Below are positions 49,038-59,494 of a stretch of 64,000 nt of DNA, piece after piece (the stretch's first letter is position 1; the number at the start of each line of letters is the position of its first letter). Source of the stretch: an uncultured Gammaproteobacteria bacterium (lineage in GTDB: Bacteria; Patescibacteriota; Microgenomatia; Levybacterales; GWA1-39-11). The notes beneath the pieces are model-generated. The model was given only the letters and a program-made list of their open reading frames with translations. It was not told the DNA's origin and searched no databases. The DNA is taken from assembly GCA_964409875.1 (NCBI GenBank), contig CAYPEN010000003.1, positions 128,557 to 192,556 of the forward strand, read 5' to 3'. Both the position numbers and the translations under genes were made by a program.

Positions 49038-50153
49038 ATGCTTAAGTTAGGAAGTTTATTAACGAGAAGTTATAAACCGCTAAATGTAGTAGAGGTATTC
49101 CAAAAGAATCTTCTTTCAAATTACGAGTATCTTCAGTCATTTGGTCTAAAAGTAGCTCCTGTACTTAAGAGTAATGCGTATGGCCATGGGTTGGTTGAGG
49201 TTGCAAAAATTTTAGACAAGAAATCACCACCATTTTTTTGTGTAGACAGTCTCTATGAGGCTTATGAGCTTCTCAAAGCAGGTATTAAAACCAAAATTCT
49301 TATAATGGGTTATGTTGATCCTGAAAGCCTCATAACAAAAAGGCTTCCTTTTTCCTTTACTCTTTATACCTTGGAACAAATGAAGGTTTTGTCAAAATAC
49401 CAACCGCAAAGTCCGGTACATATTTTTGTTGATTCAGGAATGCACCGTGAGGGATTTCAGTTGGACATTCTGCAAAAAGTAACAGAGGAGCTGCATAAAA
49501 ATAGGTTAAAAATTGAAGGAATAATGTCTCACTTTGCTGAGGCAGAAAAGCCCTTCAAAAGGCAAACAAAGAAACAAATTGATGTGTTTAAAGCTGCACT
49601 CCAAACAACAACACGACTTAATGTTTTCCCTGAATTCGTTCATTTTTCTAATACTTCCGGTACGATTACTATAAAAGAACTTGGGGGTATAGGTAATGTT
49701 GCGCGTTGCGGATTGGGTTTGTATGGCATAGATCCTGACGGGAAAAATAAAAAGCTTTTGCCTGCGCTTCAATTAAAGAGCACGGTAGCTCAGTTGAAAG
49801 AGATATCAAAAGGAGAGTATGTAGGATACGGATTTACGTATAGAACAGATATGAAAAGAAAAATTGCAATCTTGCCATTAGGGTACAACGACGGCTTAGA
49901 TAGAAGGCTATCAAATAGTGGATTTGTGTATATTGACGAAATTGCTTGTCCCATTGTTGGAAGAGTAAGCATGAATATTACAACGGTGGATGTCACAAAA
50001 TGCAGAAATGTAAAAGTTGGAGATGAGGCAATCGTTTTTTCTCGTAAGACTGATGATAGAAATAGCATTCAAAATGCAGCAAAAGCTGCAAAGACAATAC
50101 CGTATGATTTATTAGTACATTTGAATTTTTCAACGCGAAGGATTGTGCGTTAG
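49038..50153 (+). CDS. alr: Alanine racemase
   Basis: VLKSNAYGHG, DSGMHREG, VGYG, GRVSMN. Confidence 0.95.
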   Translation: MLKLGSLLTRSYKPLNVVEVFQKNLLSNYEYLQSFGLKVAPVLKSNAYGHGLVEVAKILDKKSPPFFCVDSLYEAYELLKAGIKTKILIMGYVDPESLITKRLPFSFTLYTLEQMKVLSKYQPQSPVHIFVDSGMHREGFQLDILQKVTEELHKNRLKIEGIMSHFAEAEKPFKRQTKKQIDVFKAALQTTTRLNVFPEFVHFSNTSGTITIKELGGIGNVARCGLGLYGIDPDGKNKKLLPALQLKSTVAQLKEISKGEYVGYGFTYRTDMKRKIAILPLGYNDGLDRRLSNSGFVYIDEIACPIVGRVSMNITTVDVTKCRNVKVGDEAIVFSRKTDDRNSIQNAAKAAKTIPYDLLVHLNFSTRRIVR

Positions 50154-50422
50154 TTTTTTAAGTTTTGCGCTGCTTTCAATTTTCTAGCAGTTGCTAAGAC
50201 ATCGAGTTTCTTTTGCTTTTCTTCTTTTAGTTCATCTGACTTTTGTTTTAACGCTTCGAGTTTTTGCTCAACAATCTTTTGGCATTCTTTGTCCGGGCAA
50301 ACGGTATCAGTGTGAATAATAGTTGAAGTTCCGAAAAATGTGGCAATTTCTTCTTTCCACTTTTTTCCTTCAATACGCTCTTTTCCGCATCGAGTACATG
50401 GATTTGAAGATTTTGGTTGCAT
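50150..50422 (-). CDS. Small hypothetical zinc-ribbon/coiled-coil protein
   Basis: CTRC...CPDKEC. Confidence 0.7.
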   Translation of the reverse strand: MQPKSSNPCTRCGKERIEGKKWKEEIATFFGTSTIIHTDTVCPDKECQKIVEQKLEALKQKSDELKEEKQKKLDVLATARKLKAAQNLKN

Positions 50423-50478
50423 AGGCCAGGGGATTTACTTTCCTGATTACTATAACACATTTTGAGGATAAAATCAAG

Positions 50479-52002
50479 TTAGGCAGACGTTTCTTGGTAG
50501 CCGGGGAAAAAGTCAACCTTTATATTTTTCTGGTTCACGCCTGTTTCTTTCAGAACCTTCTCAAAATTTTGAACCATCAGCTGAGGACCCGAGACGTAGA
50601 ATTTCCGCTTCTGAAAGTCAGGGATTACCAAACGAATTGTTTCGGGTGTCACATGGCCTACAAGGCCCTTCCATTCCTGTGGCAGCAAGCTTTTATCTGT
50701 AAGTATGTAATGGGTTGTGACACCATGTGCTCTCGCTCTCTCCAGAGTATCCATAAAAAGAATATCCTCTTTCTTTTTGTTAGCGAAAAGTATAACAATA
50801 TTTACGTTTTCTTTCCTTTCAATGATGTCCTCAATAATGCTTCGGAATGGTGCTATTCCAACCCCTCCGGCAATAAACACAAGGGGAGTAGTGTGGTCCT
50901 TTGGCATCGTAAAGTCGCCAGAGAGACTTGAAGCGATAAAACGAGTATCTTTTTGCATGGCAAAAAGCGCCCTCTTGTACGTGCTTGAGGGGGTGTAGAA
51001 TTTTACAGCCATCATGAGATTTTCATGAGGCGCAGAAGCTATACTAAAGTACCTTCTGTTGCCTCTGGAGTCTGGATTTGGATGGGGAAGAGTCCATTCC
51101 ATATATTGGCCGGGCGTAAAATTGAACTTTTTTTGAGGCCCAAAATCAAATAAAAATGTGTCGGGGGAAATTTGAGTTTTCTTAAAGAGGGTTAGGTCAA
51201 AACGATATTTAGGATTAACGATGTATGAGAATATATTGCCCGCAACAAGTGCCATTTCAGGGGTAAATACAGGTCCTCCAAGTCTTAGAATTGGGGTTGC
51301 ATACAAAAGAGAAACGAGTAGCGCATACAATGTTCTCATTTTTTTTGTTGCCGGAGAAGTGAGTGGTTCGGTAAGCATTATAAAAGTGAAAAACAGTAAT
51401 GCGGATGACATGAAACCCCGTTGCCACAAGGTAATAATCGAATTGCCATGAAGTATAGCGGCAACGGCTGAAAGAATTAAGTAAGAAAGTAAAAAAACGG
51501 AAGCCATAAAGCCTCTCTGTACTTTTCTTACAATAAGTAATCCACCGAGTGCAACCGGTACGAAGAGGAGGGGGGTTCCTACCCACCACGTTGCCGAATG
51601 CTCGGGGGAGAGGATGGAGAGCATAAGAACAGCAATGGCTGCGGGATTAAAAAGGTGCCTCTTTTCGACTGTCAGAAGATACTTAGAGCCCATTGCAAGA
51701 AGTGAAACAGCAATGAGTCCCCCTATCTGATGGGGAAATTTAACGGGAAATATGAGAACTACTATCAGTCCTGTTATAAAAACACTCTCAACGTTGGTTA
51801 CCGCTTTGAAAAATATAGCAAATAGCCAATTTGAAAACAGACAGACAGAAAGAACTACAAGAGTTGAGAGGAGAATATCCAAAGCACCATAGTAAATAAG
51901 TCCGAAAAAGCCTAGGGAAGTGGCAATTGCAACAAGCACAATGAGATAGTACAGGGTAAGCCTGTACATCGTAATTTTATTAAGATACTTGTCTATGAAC
52001 AT
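50479..52002 (-). CDS. RnfD/NqrB-like membrane domain fused to FAD/NAD(P)H ferredoxin-reductase-like domain
   Basis: RHLFNPAA, MLTEPLTSP; RYFSIAS, AGGVGIAPF, YVSGP. Confidence 0.85.
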   Translation of the reverse strand: MFIDKYLNKITMYRLTLYYLIVLVAIATSLGFFGLIYYGALDILLSTLVVLSVCLFSNWLFAIFFKAVTNVESVFITGLIVVLIFPVKFPHQIGGLIAVSLLAMGSKYLLTVEKRHLFNPAAIAVLMLSILSPEHSATWWVGTPLLFVPVALGGLLIVRKVQRGFMASVFLLSYLILSAVAAILHGNSIITLWQRGFMSSALLFFTFIMLTEPLTSPATKKMRTLYALLVSLLYATPILRLGGPVFTPEMALVAGNIFSYIVNPKYRFDLTLFKKTQISPDTFLFDFGPQKKFNFTPGQYMEWTLPHPNPDSRGNRRYFSIASAPHENLMMAVKFYTPSSTYKRALFAMQKDTRFIASSLSGDFTMPKDHTTPLVFIAGGVGIAPFRSIIEDIIERKENVNIVILFANKKKEDILFMDTLERARAHGVTTHYILTDKSLLPQEWKGLVGHVTPETIRLVIPDFQKRKFYVSGPQLMVQNFEKVLKETGVNQKNIKVDFFPGYQETSA

Positions 52003-52006
52003 AGGG

Positions 52007-52744
52007 TTACGGTGTAAGGTATAGGGAAAAGCCAGAGCTTATAAGCTCTCTTCCATCTTTTGTTATCAAATATCCTTCAAGCCCATCGCTATTCTCCAAA
52101 AATTCTAATCCTTTTTCGCCCATTGCATATACCGCTGTTGCGAATCTATCGGCCTCATACACATTGGGAGCTATTACCGTTACACTCGACAACTCGTTTG
52201 CAAGCTTCTTTTTTATTGGGTTATAGATATGCATTCCCCTCTCATAGGTGCCTGAGGTTGCTATTCCGCAGTCGGTAAGATAGAGAACTTTTGCATTTTC
52301 AAACGTTCTCAACGGATTTCGTACTCCCACTTTCCATTTCTGTCCATTTTTGAGTCCCCGAATATCAATGTCCCCCCCAATTTCTACGTAGAAATTTCTG
52401 TATCCTTTTTTCATAAGCATCCTGGAACCTTCAAATATGGCATACCCCTTTACAAGTCCTGAGGGATCGATAATACCCTCAATGGTGATATCAAAATATC
52501 CTTTTGTTTTTTGCTTCGTTTCTTCACAAAGTTTTAATACTTTTTTTACTTCCGGGCTCGCATCTTCTTTTTTCAGCAACTTTTTATTAATTTTTGAAAT
52601 CTCACTTGTTTTTTTGTAGGTACTGAATGTCTCGTCAATTTCATGGAAATAATCGAGCACCTCGTCAATATCAGTGCTCTTGACTGTGGGCTCGAGAACC
52701 TCCACTGCAACGCTCATGCCCATTATCCCTTCCGTTATTTTCAT
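52007..52744 (-). CDS. apbE: FAD:protein FMN transferase
   Basis: DPSGLVKGY, EIGGD, ATSG.YE, ADRFATA. Confidence 0.9.
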   Translation of the reverse strand: MKITEGIMGMSVAVEVLEPTVKSTDIDEVLDYFHEIDETFSTYKKTSEISKINKKLLKKEDASPEVKKVLKLCEETKQKTKGYFDITIEGIIDPSGLVKGYAIFEGSRMLMKKGYRNFYVEIGGDIDIRGLKNGQKWKVGVRNPLRTFENAKVLYLTDCGIATSGTYERGMHIYNPIKKKLANELSSVTVIAPNVYEADRFATAVYAMGEKGLEFLENSDGLEGYLITKDGRELISSGFSLYLTP

Positions 52745-52751
52745 ATTCGTC

Positions 52752-53258
52752 TCAGTTTTGGGCTTTCTTCAACGCCTCTGCTAGTGACCGTGAGAAGGCT
52801 GGACTTGAATCGGAAGCCCCACTAATTATATCAATCGAAGCACTCTGTGCATTAATAGCCTCATCCCGCAATAGTGGGATTGCCTGAGTATTAATTGAAA
52901 TTGAAGTCCGGTTGTCATTGGGATAGAGGAGGGGAACTACATCAGTAAGTCTGCCATTTTTTATGACTGCTCTTACCTGTAAATTCCCATAAAATGCGTC
53001 TTCTACTGTTCCGTCATACGACCCATCGCGGTATTTTCCCGCAATTTTTACCGTCGGAGTAGGTGTTATCGGGGTAATTGTTGGATTTATTGTCTCTTGA
53101 GGATTTGGGGTTGAGCTGGCATTTTCCTGTGTTGGAATTGGCAGAGTTTGTTTATTGCCTACGATTTTTACGTCGTCATCGCTTCCTCTCAAGTTTTTTG
53201 CAAACACAAGCAAAAAAAAAGCCCCCAGAACAACTGTTATCTGAATGTATTTTTTCAT
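52752..53258 (-). CDS. Membrane-anchored FMN-binding protein
   Basis: YRDGSY.G..., D.ISGAS flavinylation motif. Confidence 0.88.
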   Translation of the reverse strand: MKKYIQITVVLGAFFLLVFAKNLRGSDDDVKIVGNKQTLPIPTQENASSTPNPQETINPTITPITPTPTVKIAGKYRDGSYDGTVEDAFYGNLQVRAVIKNGRLTDVVPLLYPNDNRTSISINTQAIPLLRDEAINAQSASIDIISGASDSSPAFSRSLAEALKKAQN

Positions 53259-53323
53259 ATACTACAAATAGTCTAACAAGTATAGCTTAAAACTTTCTTA
53301 ATAGTCGTTGAATTGAGTCAACT

Positions 53324-53599
53324 ATGGAAAAAAGGATTCCCCATTTTGTGTATATCCTCGAATGTTCTGACAACACCTATTATATTGGCAGGACTAACAA
53401 TGTAATAAAGCGACTTATGGCTCATAATGGCCTTATTTCAGGAGGTTCCCGCTATACCAGTGCACGTAGACCTGTCTATCTTGTTTATCTAGAAGAAGTT
53501 GCAGATTTATCGGACGCGCTTAAGCGTGAGTATGCACTAAAACAATTAACAAGAGCTGAAAAATCGGCGCTAATTCACCTTAGTAGCCGAGCTGCTTGA
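53324..53599 (+). CDS. Small GIY-YIG nuclease (UPF0213-like)
   Basis: VYIL.C.D.TYYIG.T...R...HN; RYT..RRP; ALKRE. Confidence 0.9.
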   Translation: MEKRIPHFVYILECSDNTYYIGRTNNVIKRLMAHNGLISGGSRYTSARRPVYLVYLEEVADLSDALKREYALKQLTRAEKSALIHLSSRAA

Positions 53600-53915
53600 G
53601 ATTTATCTGTTGATTAAGGGTTTTATTAGCTTCCTGAATAAACCCAAAAAAGAGCCAAAGGGAAAGAATGGTACTAAGAAGTGTCAAAAATAGTGCAATA
53701 AGTCCGATGTGTTTTGAGTGAGAATCGCCTTTTGCAAGGTATTTAATGCCAGGGAAAAGGCCGAGGGGAGGAAGAAGTAGACTTACCATGTAAATACTTA
53801 TTTGTTTTGCCGCTGTAACAGTAAGTGGAATGTCCTTTAGCTTTAGACCACAGGACGGACAAAAGTTATATTCAGGAAGAATAGCCTTTTTACAAGACTC
53901 ACAATATGGTTGCAT
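53580..53915 (-). CDS. Zinc-ribbon membrane protein
   Basis: CESC..FCPSCG followed by two TMs. Confidence 0.75.
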   Translation of the reverse strand: MQPYCESCKKAILPEYNFCPSCGLKLKDIPLTVTAAKQISIYMVSLLLPPLGLFPGIKYLAKGDSHSKHIGLIALFLTLLSTILSLWLFFGFIQEANKTLNQQINLKQLGY

Positions 53916-53958
53916 ACTTCAAGCTTCTCACAAATGTGATAAAGCCGTCAATAAAGCA

Positions 53959-54423
53959 TTACTTTTGCTGCGTTGGTCTTCCCAACATCCTAAAAGCAGG
54001 GTTTATTTGGATGTTTTGAGCCGTAACTGAACCGTCTGAATTGGCAGTCCCTATTGCTGCTATTTTTGTTCCTGCTTTTAGATCCGTTTTTGCTCCTGTT
54101 TCTGTTTTGCTATAGGTGGTTGCAGATGAGAGATTTACGATTTTACTACTGCCATCGGAAAGTTTTACGGTTAAGCTGTCGTTATCAATAGAGACAATGT
54201 CACCAATAACAGCTCCACCAAAGCCACGATTATTAGCACCTCCACGCATCATGCCTATCTGACCCTGCCCAAACCTTCCCTCACGAGCAAATTGGCCAAA
54301 AGTATTTCGGGTTTGGGATTTTTGATAGAGCACTCCTGCATAGAAAGCACCTGCCGCAACTATAAGTGCCAATACAACTCCCACAAAAAGATTTTTTTTG
54401 GAATTATTTTTCTCTTGAGCCAT
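53959..54423 (-). CDS. DUF5666-like membrane-anchored protein
   Basis: TM, Gly-rich linker, G.I.S.D...TV..., DGSVTA. Confidence 0.7.
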   Translation of the reverse strand: MAQEKNNSKKNLFVGVVLALIVAAGAFYAGVLYQKSQTRNTFGQFAREGRFGQGQIGMMRGGANNRGFGGAVIGDIVSIDNDSLTVKLSDGSSKIVNLSSATTYSKTETGAKTDLKAGTKIAAIGTANSDGSVTAQNIQINPAFRMLGRPTQQK

Positions 54424-54489
54424 AGAATCACCTCCTATCTTTTTGTAACTATAATGCTTCTTACTTAAAAAATGCTGATGAATTTATAT

Positions 54490-55722
54490 TTACTCATAGC
54501 GAAGTGCCTCTATGGGTTGTAGATTTGCAGCTTTTCTTGCAGGATACCATCCGAAAAGTATCCCGATTCCCCCCGATACAGCAAATGCCAGTAAAATTGA
54601 ATAGAGTGAGATAACAAAAAGAGAGGAGGTAAGAATTGAGTATCCATAGGACAATACAATTCCAAGTAGAATTCCGATAAGGCCCCCTGTAAAAGTCAGA
54701 ATAATCGACTCTATAAGAAATTGAGTAATAATGGTTTTCTTTTTTGCTCCTAACGCTTTTCTGAGGCCAATTTCACGGGTACGTTCCGTTACCGTGACGA
54801 GCATAATGTTCATAATCCCTATTCCCCCGACTAGCAGCGAAATAGCCGCTATACCTGCCAGGAAGGTGGTGAAAGTTCCAGTCGCTTGCGAGGCGGTTGC
54901 GAGAATATCAGCCTGTGAAAAGATGGAAAAGTCGGCTTGGGTAGGTTCTGACAGTTTGTGCCGGGAAAGGAGCAGATAGCCCACCTGATTCTGAGCATCG
55001 GTCATCACATCAGACGATTTAGCTTCAAGAGCTATTGAGTTTAAATAGGCTTGTCCAAAAACAATTTTTTGGGCTGTCAGAAGCGGGATGAAGGCAACGT
55101 TGTCTTGATTAAAAAATCCGCTTCCTCCTTTGCTTTTTGTAATCCCTACGACTCGAAATGGAATTCCGCTAATACGAACGCTTTGTCCCGTAACGTTTGT
55201 AGCGTTTCCAAAGAGGTCACTTGCTGCTTGCGGGCCTAAGACTATTACTTTTGAAAGTGACAGGTTATCAGTATCTGTAATAAATGCTCCTGAATCTATG
55301 GTTATCTTATGAACATCAGGATATGAGCTTGTTGCCCCAATTATTTGAACGTTCGTATTTGTTCTTCCTGCCGTTACTTGCTCTCGTTTTTGCACTTCGG
55401 GGGAAACAGTCTTGACTGTCGTTACAAGCGGGGATGTTTTTATTGCTTTAGCATCGTCATTTGTTAGAGTTGTCCCACCACCTGCCGCTCCCCTAACAGT
55501 GCCGGTTGTAAGAGAACCGGGATTAACAGTGAGTAAATTTGCCCCAAGGGACTGTATTTGGTTTTGAACAGACTGCTGGGTGGACTGTCCTAGCGACACA
55601 AGTACGATTACACTTCCTATTCCGATAACTATTCCCAAAATTGCAAGACTTGTTCGCATTTTGTTAATAGTAAGTGTTGAAAGGCTTTCTGAAAGAAGTT
55701 CCTGTAGTTCTTTCCTATTCAT
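54490..55722 (-). CDS. MacB/FtsX-like ABC permease
   Basis: GIVIGI, GGIGIMNIM..ERTREIG, PIEALRYE. Confidence 0.93.
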   Translation of the reverse strand: MNRKELQELLSESLSTLTINKMRTSLAILGIVIGIGSVIVLVSLGQSTQQSVQNQIQSLGANLLTVNPGSLTTGTVRGAAGGGTTLTNDDAKAIKTSPLVTTVKTVSPEVQKREQVTAGRTNTNVQIIGATSSYPDVHKITIDSGAFITDTDNLSLSKVIVLGPQAASDLFGNATNVTGQSVRISGIPFRVVGITKSKGGSGFFNQDNVAFIPLLTAQKIVFGQAYLNSIALEAKSSDVMTDAQNQVGYLLLSRHKLSEPTQADFSIFSQADILATASQATGTFTTFLAGIAAISLLVGGIGIMNIMLVTVTERTREIGLRKALGAKKKTIITQFLIESIILTFTGGLIGILLGIVLSYGYSILTSSLFVISLYSILLAFAVSGGIGILFGWYPARKAANLQPIEALRYE

Positions 55723-56422
55723 TTCTCTCCCTTCTATTTTTCTCATCACTTATTATTTTCCCATCCTTTATCATTATCAGCCTTTTGGCATAGCGTGCGA
55801 TATCTGGCTCATGGGTAATCATAACGATTGTGTGTCCCTCTTTTTGATTTAGATTTTGAAAAATTGCCATTATTTCTTCAGCCTGATCAGACGCAATATT
55901 GCCTGTAGGCTCATCCGCTAAAAGGAGCGTTGGATTCATAGAAATACCGCGTGCTATAGCGACGCGTTGTTGTTGCCCTCCCGATAACTGACTGGTGGTG
56001 TGTTCCATTCTTTCAGATAGTCCAACCATGGAAAGATATTTCTTAGCACTCATAAGACGCTTTTCATAGGCAATTCCCGCATAGCGCATGGGAAGCATAA
56101 CGTTTTTCAATGCAGACGTCCTAGGGAGGAGATTGAATGCTTGAAAAACAAATCCTATTTTTTTGTTGCGGATTTCTGAGAGTTCATCTTCAGTCAACTT
56201 GCCTACGTTGTGTCCATCAAGAAGGTACGTTCCGGAGGTTGGTGTATCAAGTGCGCCGAGTATATGCATGAGAGTTGATTTGCCGCTACCTGAAGGTCCC
56301 ATTATTGCGACAAACTCTCCTTTTCTAATTTCAAAGGATACATCCTGAAGAGCGGTCGTTTCGATATCTCCCATCGTATACTTTTTGGTCAAATGGGAAA
56401 CTTTAATTATTGGAGTAGTCAT
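55715..56422 (-). CDS. ABC transporter ATP-binding protein (MacB/LolD type)
   Basis: [20 protein letters not shown]. Confidence 0.95.
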   Translation of the reverse strand: MTTPIIKVSHLTKKYTMGDIETTALQDVSFEIRKGEFVAIMGPSGSGKSTLMHILGALDTPTSGTYLLDGHNVGKLTEDELSEIRNKKIGFVFQAFNLLPRTSALKNVMLPMRYAGIAYEKRLMSAKKYLSMVGLSERMEHTTSQLSGGQQQRVAIARGISMNPTLLLADEPTGNIASDQAEEIMAIFQNLNQKEGHTIVMITHEPDIARYAKRLIMIKDGKIISDEKNRRERNE

Positions 56423-56423
56423 A

Positions 56424-57722
56424 TTATCTCCCCCGTGCTCCACCAATTACCCGTACGTTGCCTCCTCCCCCAAATCCTCCAAAGCCCCTGTTTAGGCCAC
56501 TAAAAGGAGATGTTCCACCTGCTTGGGAAGTCGTTTGGCCGCCTACAACCACAGTATCACCCTCCGATAGCCCTGAGATAATTTCTGTCGAGGCATCCGA
56601 CGCAATTCCAGTTTCCACCTCAACAACCTCTATCTTTCCGTTTCGTAAGCGCTCAACAGTTGGGGTTCCTGACGCAGTTTGGATAGCTGTTGTGGGAATT
56701 GTCAGTACGTTATCATGTCGCGCTGTTTGGATAATGGCAGTAGCACTCATTCCAGGTTTAATTGCAGCGGGTGGAAGTACGAGGGAAATGTAAGCCGTAA
56801 ATGTAACGACGCCTGAAGTATTAGTTCCAATTGTGTCAATACTTGTTACACGGCCGACAAAAGTTTGGTCAGGGAAAGCATCAAGCGTTACCGTTGCCTT
56901 TTGTCCTACCTTTACTTTCGATATGTCTATTTCATTGACAGGAGCTTTGATTGAAAGTTGCGAAAAATTTCCAAGCACTAAAATAGGAGTGCCCGACGTA
57001 TTGGAATTATTTGTTGCACTGTTGTTATAGGTAGTACCAGTTGCGGTGACATTACTACCGACTCCTAAAGAAAAATTTGCAACAGTTCCTGCAATCGGTG
57101 CTGTGATAGTTGAATCTTGTGTTGCCGCATAGGAAAGCGAGGCTGCATTATAAGATGCATTAGCCGCGGCAATTACACCTTGCTGATTTTTATAGTCCGC
57201 TTCCGCCTGGAGCCAGTCTGCGTTTTCCCGTATATAGGTTGGGTCGGTTTTTTGTTGTTCTGTCGGATTTTGAATACCACGGTCAGTTACAAATGCCTGG
57301 TTAGCCTTGAATAGGGCAGATTGTAAAGAATTCATTTTTGCTTGTGAAGCTTTTAGATTGTTTTGGGCGGTTAGTAAAGCGGCAAGTGCTTGCTCCTGTT
57401 CTTGGGGTGTTGCAGTAGATTTTACGCTGAATAAATTTTGTCCCGGCTCTACCTCGTCTCCGTTTCTCACATATATCTGAGATATAACCCCATTGGTAGG
57501 CGAGCCAACATTTGTTTGGCTATCGGATGTAACATTTCCGCTTTCGGTAACACTTTCAACAATATTTTCCCTTGCAACAATGGCTGTTTGGTACTGTGTT
57601 TGCGGGTTTTTTTTGTTCCAATTTAAGAGTAGGAAAAGTACTAATATGACACCAGCGATAAGAGCAAAGACCCTCGCTTTGAGAGACATTTTATAAATAA
57701 CACCTAAAATTTTTGACTTCAT
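56424..57722 (-). CDS. MacA-like membrane fusion (adaptor) protein
   Basis: Lipoyl halves, helical hairpin, GLSEGD. Confidence 0.9.
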   Translation of the reverse strand: MKSKILGVIYKMSLKARVFALIAGVILVLFLLLNWNKKNPQTQYQTAIVARENIVESVTESGNVTSDSQTNVGSPTNGVISQIYVRNGDEVEPGQNLFSVKSTATPQEQEQALAALLTAQNNLKASQAKMNSLQSALFKANQAFVTDRGIQNPTEQQKTDPTYIRENADWLQAEADYKNQQGVIAAANASYNAASLSYAATQDSTITAPIAGTVANFSLGVGSNVTATGTTYNNSATNNSNTSGTPILVLGNFSQLSIKAPVNEIDISKVKVGQKATVTLDAFPDQTFVGRVTSIDTIGTNTSGVVTFTAYISLVLPPAAIKPGMSATAIIQTARHDNVLTIPTTAIQTASGTPTVERLRNGKIEVVEVETGIASDASTEIISGLSEGDTVVVGGQTTSQAGGTSPFSGLNRGFGGFGGGGNVRVIGGARGR

Positions 57723-57775
57723 AAATTGTTCCCAATTATAATTTTCTTATCTGAAATTCAGCTTAACGCAGGGTC

Positions 57776-58777
57776 TTAAACAGGCAACTCAACTGTAAAA
57801 GTGGAGCCTTTCTTTGAAGAAGAGCAGGAGATTGCACCTTTGTGCATGGAGACGATTTCCTTAGCAATTGAAAGTCCCAACCCATAACCTGGAACGTCTG
57901 AAGAATTCCTGCTTTTATCGACCCTATAAAACCTGTCGAATATCCGTTCTTGTTCCTCTTCTGGTATTCCTATTCCCTGGTCCGTTACGTCAATGGTTGC
58001 GACTCCGCCTGTAACGCGTGAGCGGATTACAATTTTAGTGGAAGAATTGCTATATTTTATAGCGTTATCCAGCAAAATGGTAAAAAGTTGAGTAAGACTT
58101 TTCGTATTCCCAACTACCGTTATTTGTGGAGTTTTGTTGAGGATTGTTATCTTTTTTTCCCGTGCCACACCCGAGACGGTTTTTATTGCGCTCTCGATAA
58201 CAGAAAACATTTCTACCTTCTCAAAACTTACCACGGTGCTCTCAAGGCTTGTAAGCCGCATCAAATGCTCTGTCAAACCCTGCAGTCTTATGACTTCTTC
58301 TAAATTACTTTTTAGTATCGCGTCGGATTCTGAAAGTGTTCTTTTTTTTCCCATTAAATACACCTCTATTTCTGAGCGAAGGGTCGTGAGCGGTGTTTTG
58401 AGCTCATGTGACGCATCCCCTATAAAACGTGCCTGATCCTCGACTGCTTTTTTTATCGGGTCAAGAGTTCTTCCCGCTAGAAAATAGCCGGCAATTCCAG
58501 CACCCGCAAGGATACAAATATTTAACACAATAAGGCTTGCAATAAGCCTGCTTCTCGCCTCATACACTAACTGTTCATCAAAAGGGTTGGTTTCATATGG
58601 CACCTGAGCTTCTCCGAGTTGTTCGCGGATTCTCTCTTGCCGGAGTTCCTGATAGTGCTCAAAACGTACGAGTTCACGGTTCACGTCGACAAAAATGACG
58701 ACGCTGAATATAAAACTGATAAGCATAATAAGAAGAAGGTACCAGGCGGTTAGTTTGAGACGGGTGGAGTGGAACAT
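57776..58777 (-). CDS. Membrane sensor histidine kinase
   Basis: 2 TMs, SHELKTPL, DNAIKY, GLGLSI. Confidence 0.93.
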   Translation of the reverse strand: MFHSTRLKLTAWYLLLIMLISFIFSVVIFVDVNRELVRFEHYQELRQERIREQLGEAQVPYETNPFDEQLVYEARSRLIASLIVLNICILAGAGIAGYFLAGRTLDPIKKAVEDQARFIGDASHELKTPLTTLRSEIEVYLMGKKRTLSESDAILKSNLEEVIRLQGLTEHLMRLTSLESTVVSFEKVEMFSVIESAIKTVSGVAREKKITILNKTPQITVVGNTKSLTQLFTILLDNAIKYSNSSTKIVIRSRVTGGVATIDVTDQGIGIPEEEQERIFDRFYRVDKSRNSSDVPGYGLGLSIAKEIVSMHKGAISCSSSKKGSTFTVELPV

Positions 58778-58778
58778 A

Positions 58779-59453
58779 TTAGTCTGATATCTTATACCCG
58801 AAGCCTCTAACTGTAGTTATGAGCGCTTTTTTACTCTTAAAAGGTTTGTCAATTTTATTTCTCAAATGCGTAATGTATACTTCGACGGAATTGGGAAGCA
58901 CATCAGAATCATAATTCCACACATGATTTATAATTTGTTCTTTCCGGATAATGGTGCCTTTGTGTCTTATAAGGTATTCAAGGAGTGAAAATTCTTTGTT
59001 GGAAAGAGAGATAGGAATTCCATCCCGCTTAACATCAAACGTAACGCTGTCGAGGGTAAGTCCGTCTACTTTTAATTGGGACGTGAGAGAAGAGTGGGGT
59101 CTTCTTGTGAGGGCACGAAGGCGGGCAAGAAGTTCTGTGAAAGCAAATGGCTTAGGAAGATAATCATCAGCGCCGCTATTTAAGCCTTCAACACGTTCAT
59201 GCACTTCCCCCAAGGCAGTTAACATTAAAATTGGTGTGTGGATATTATTCTCCCGGAGTCTTTTGCATATAGCTACCCCGTCAAGTCCCGGTAATAGTCT
59301 ATCCAAAATAATAGCGTCGTATTCCTCGCTTGAAGCATAATCATACCCGCTGGTGCCATCATATGTCACATCTACTGCGAAAGACTCCTGCTCCAGCCCT
59401 TTTTTTATTGAATTTGCAATTTTGTGCTCATCCTCAACAAGTAGCACGCGCAT
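58779..59453 (-). CDS. OmpR-family response regulator
   Basis: Receiver plus winged helix. Confidence 0.95.
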   Translation of the reverse strand: MRVLLVEDEHKIANSIKKGLEQESFAVDVTYDGTSGYDYASSEEYDAIILDRLLPGLDGVAICKRLRENNIHTPILMLTALGEVHERVEGLNSGADDYLPKPFAFTELLARLRALTRRPHSSLTSQLKVDGLTLDSVTFDVKRDGIPISLSNKEFSLLEYLIRHKGTIIRKEQIINHVWNYDSDVLPNSVEVYITHLRNKIDKPFKSKKALITTVRGFGYKISD

Positions 59454-59494
59454 AGCCGTATTGTACCAGAACAAAGCTTAATTATCGCTGAAAG

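Noticed and set aside
53324-53599. GIY-YIG as homing endonuclease or mobiliser of the tRNA echoes
   Set aside because: Ordinary stand-alone UPF0213 size; no intron or flanking hairpin motifs seen
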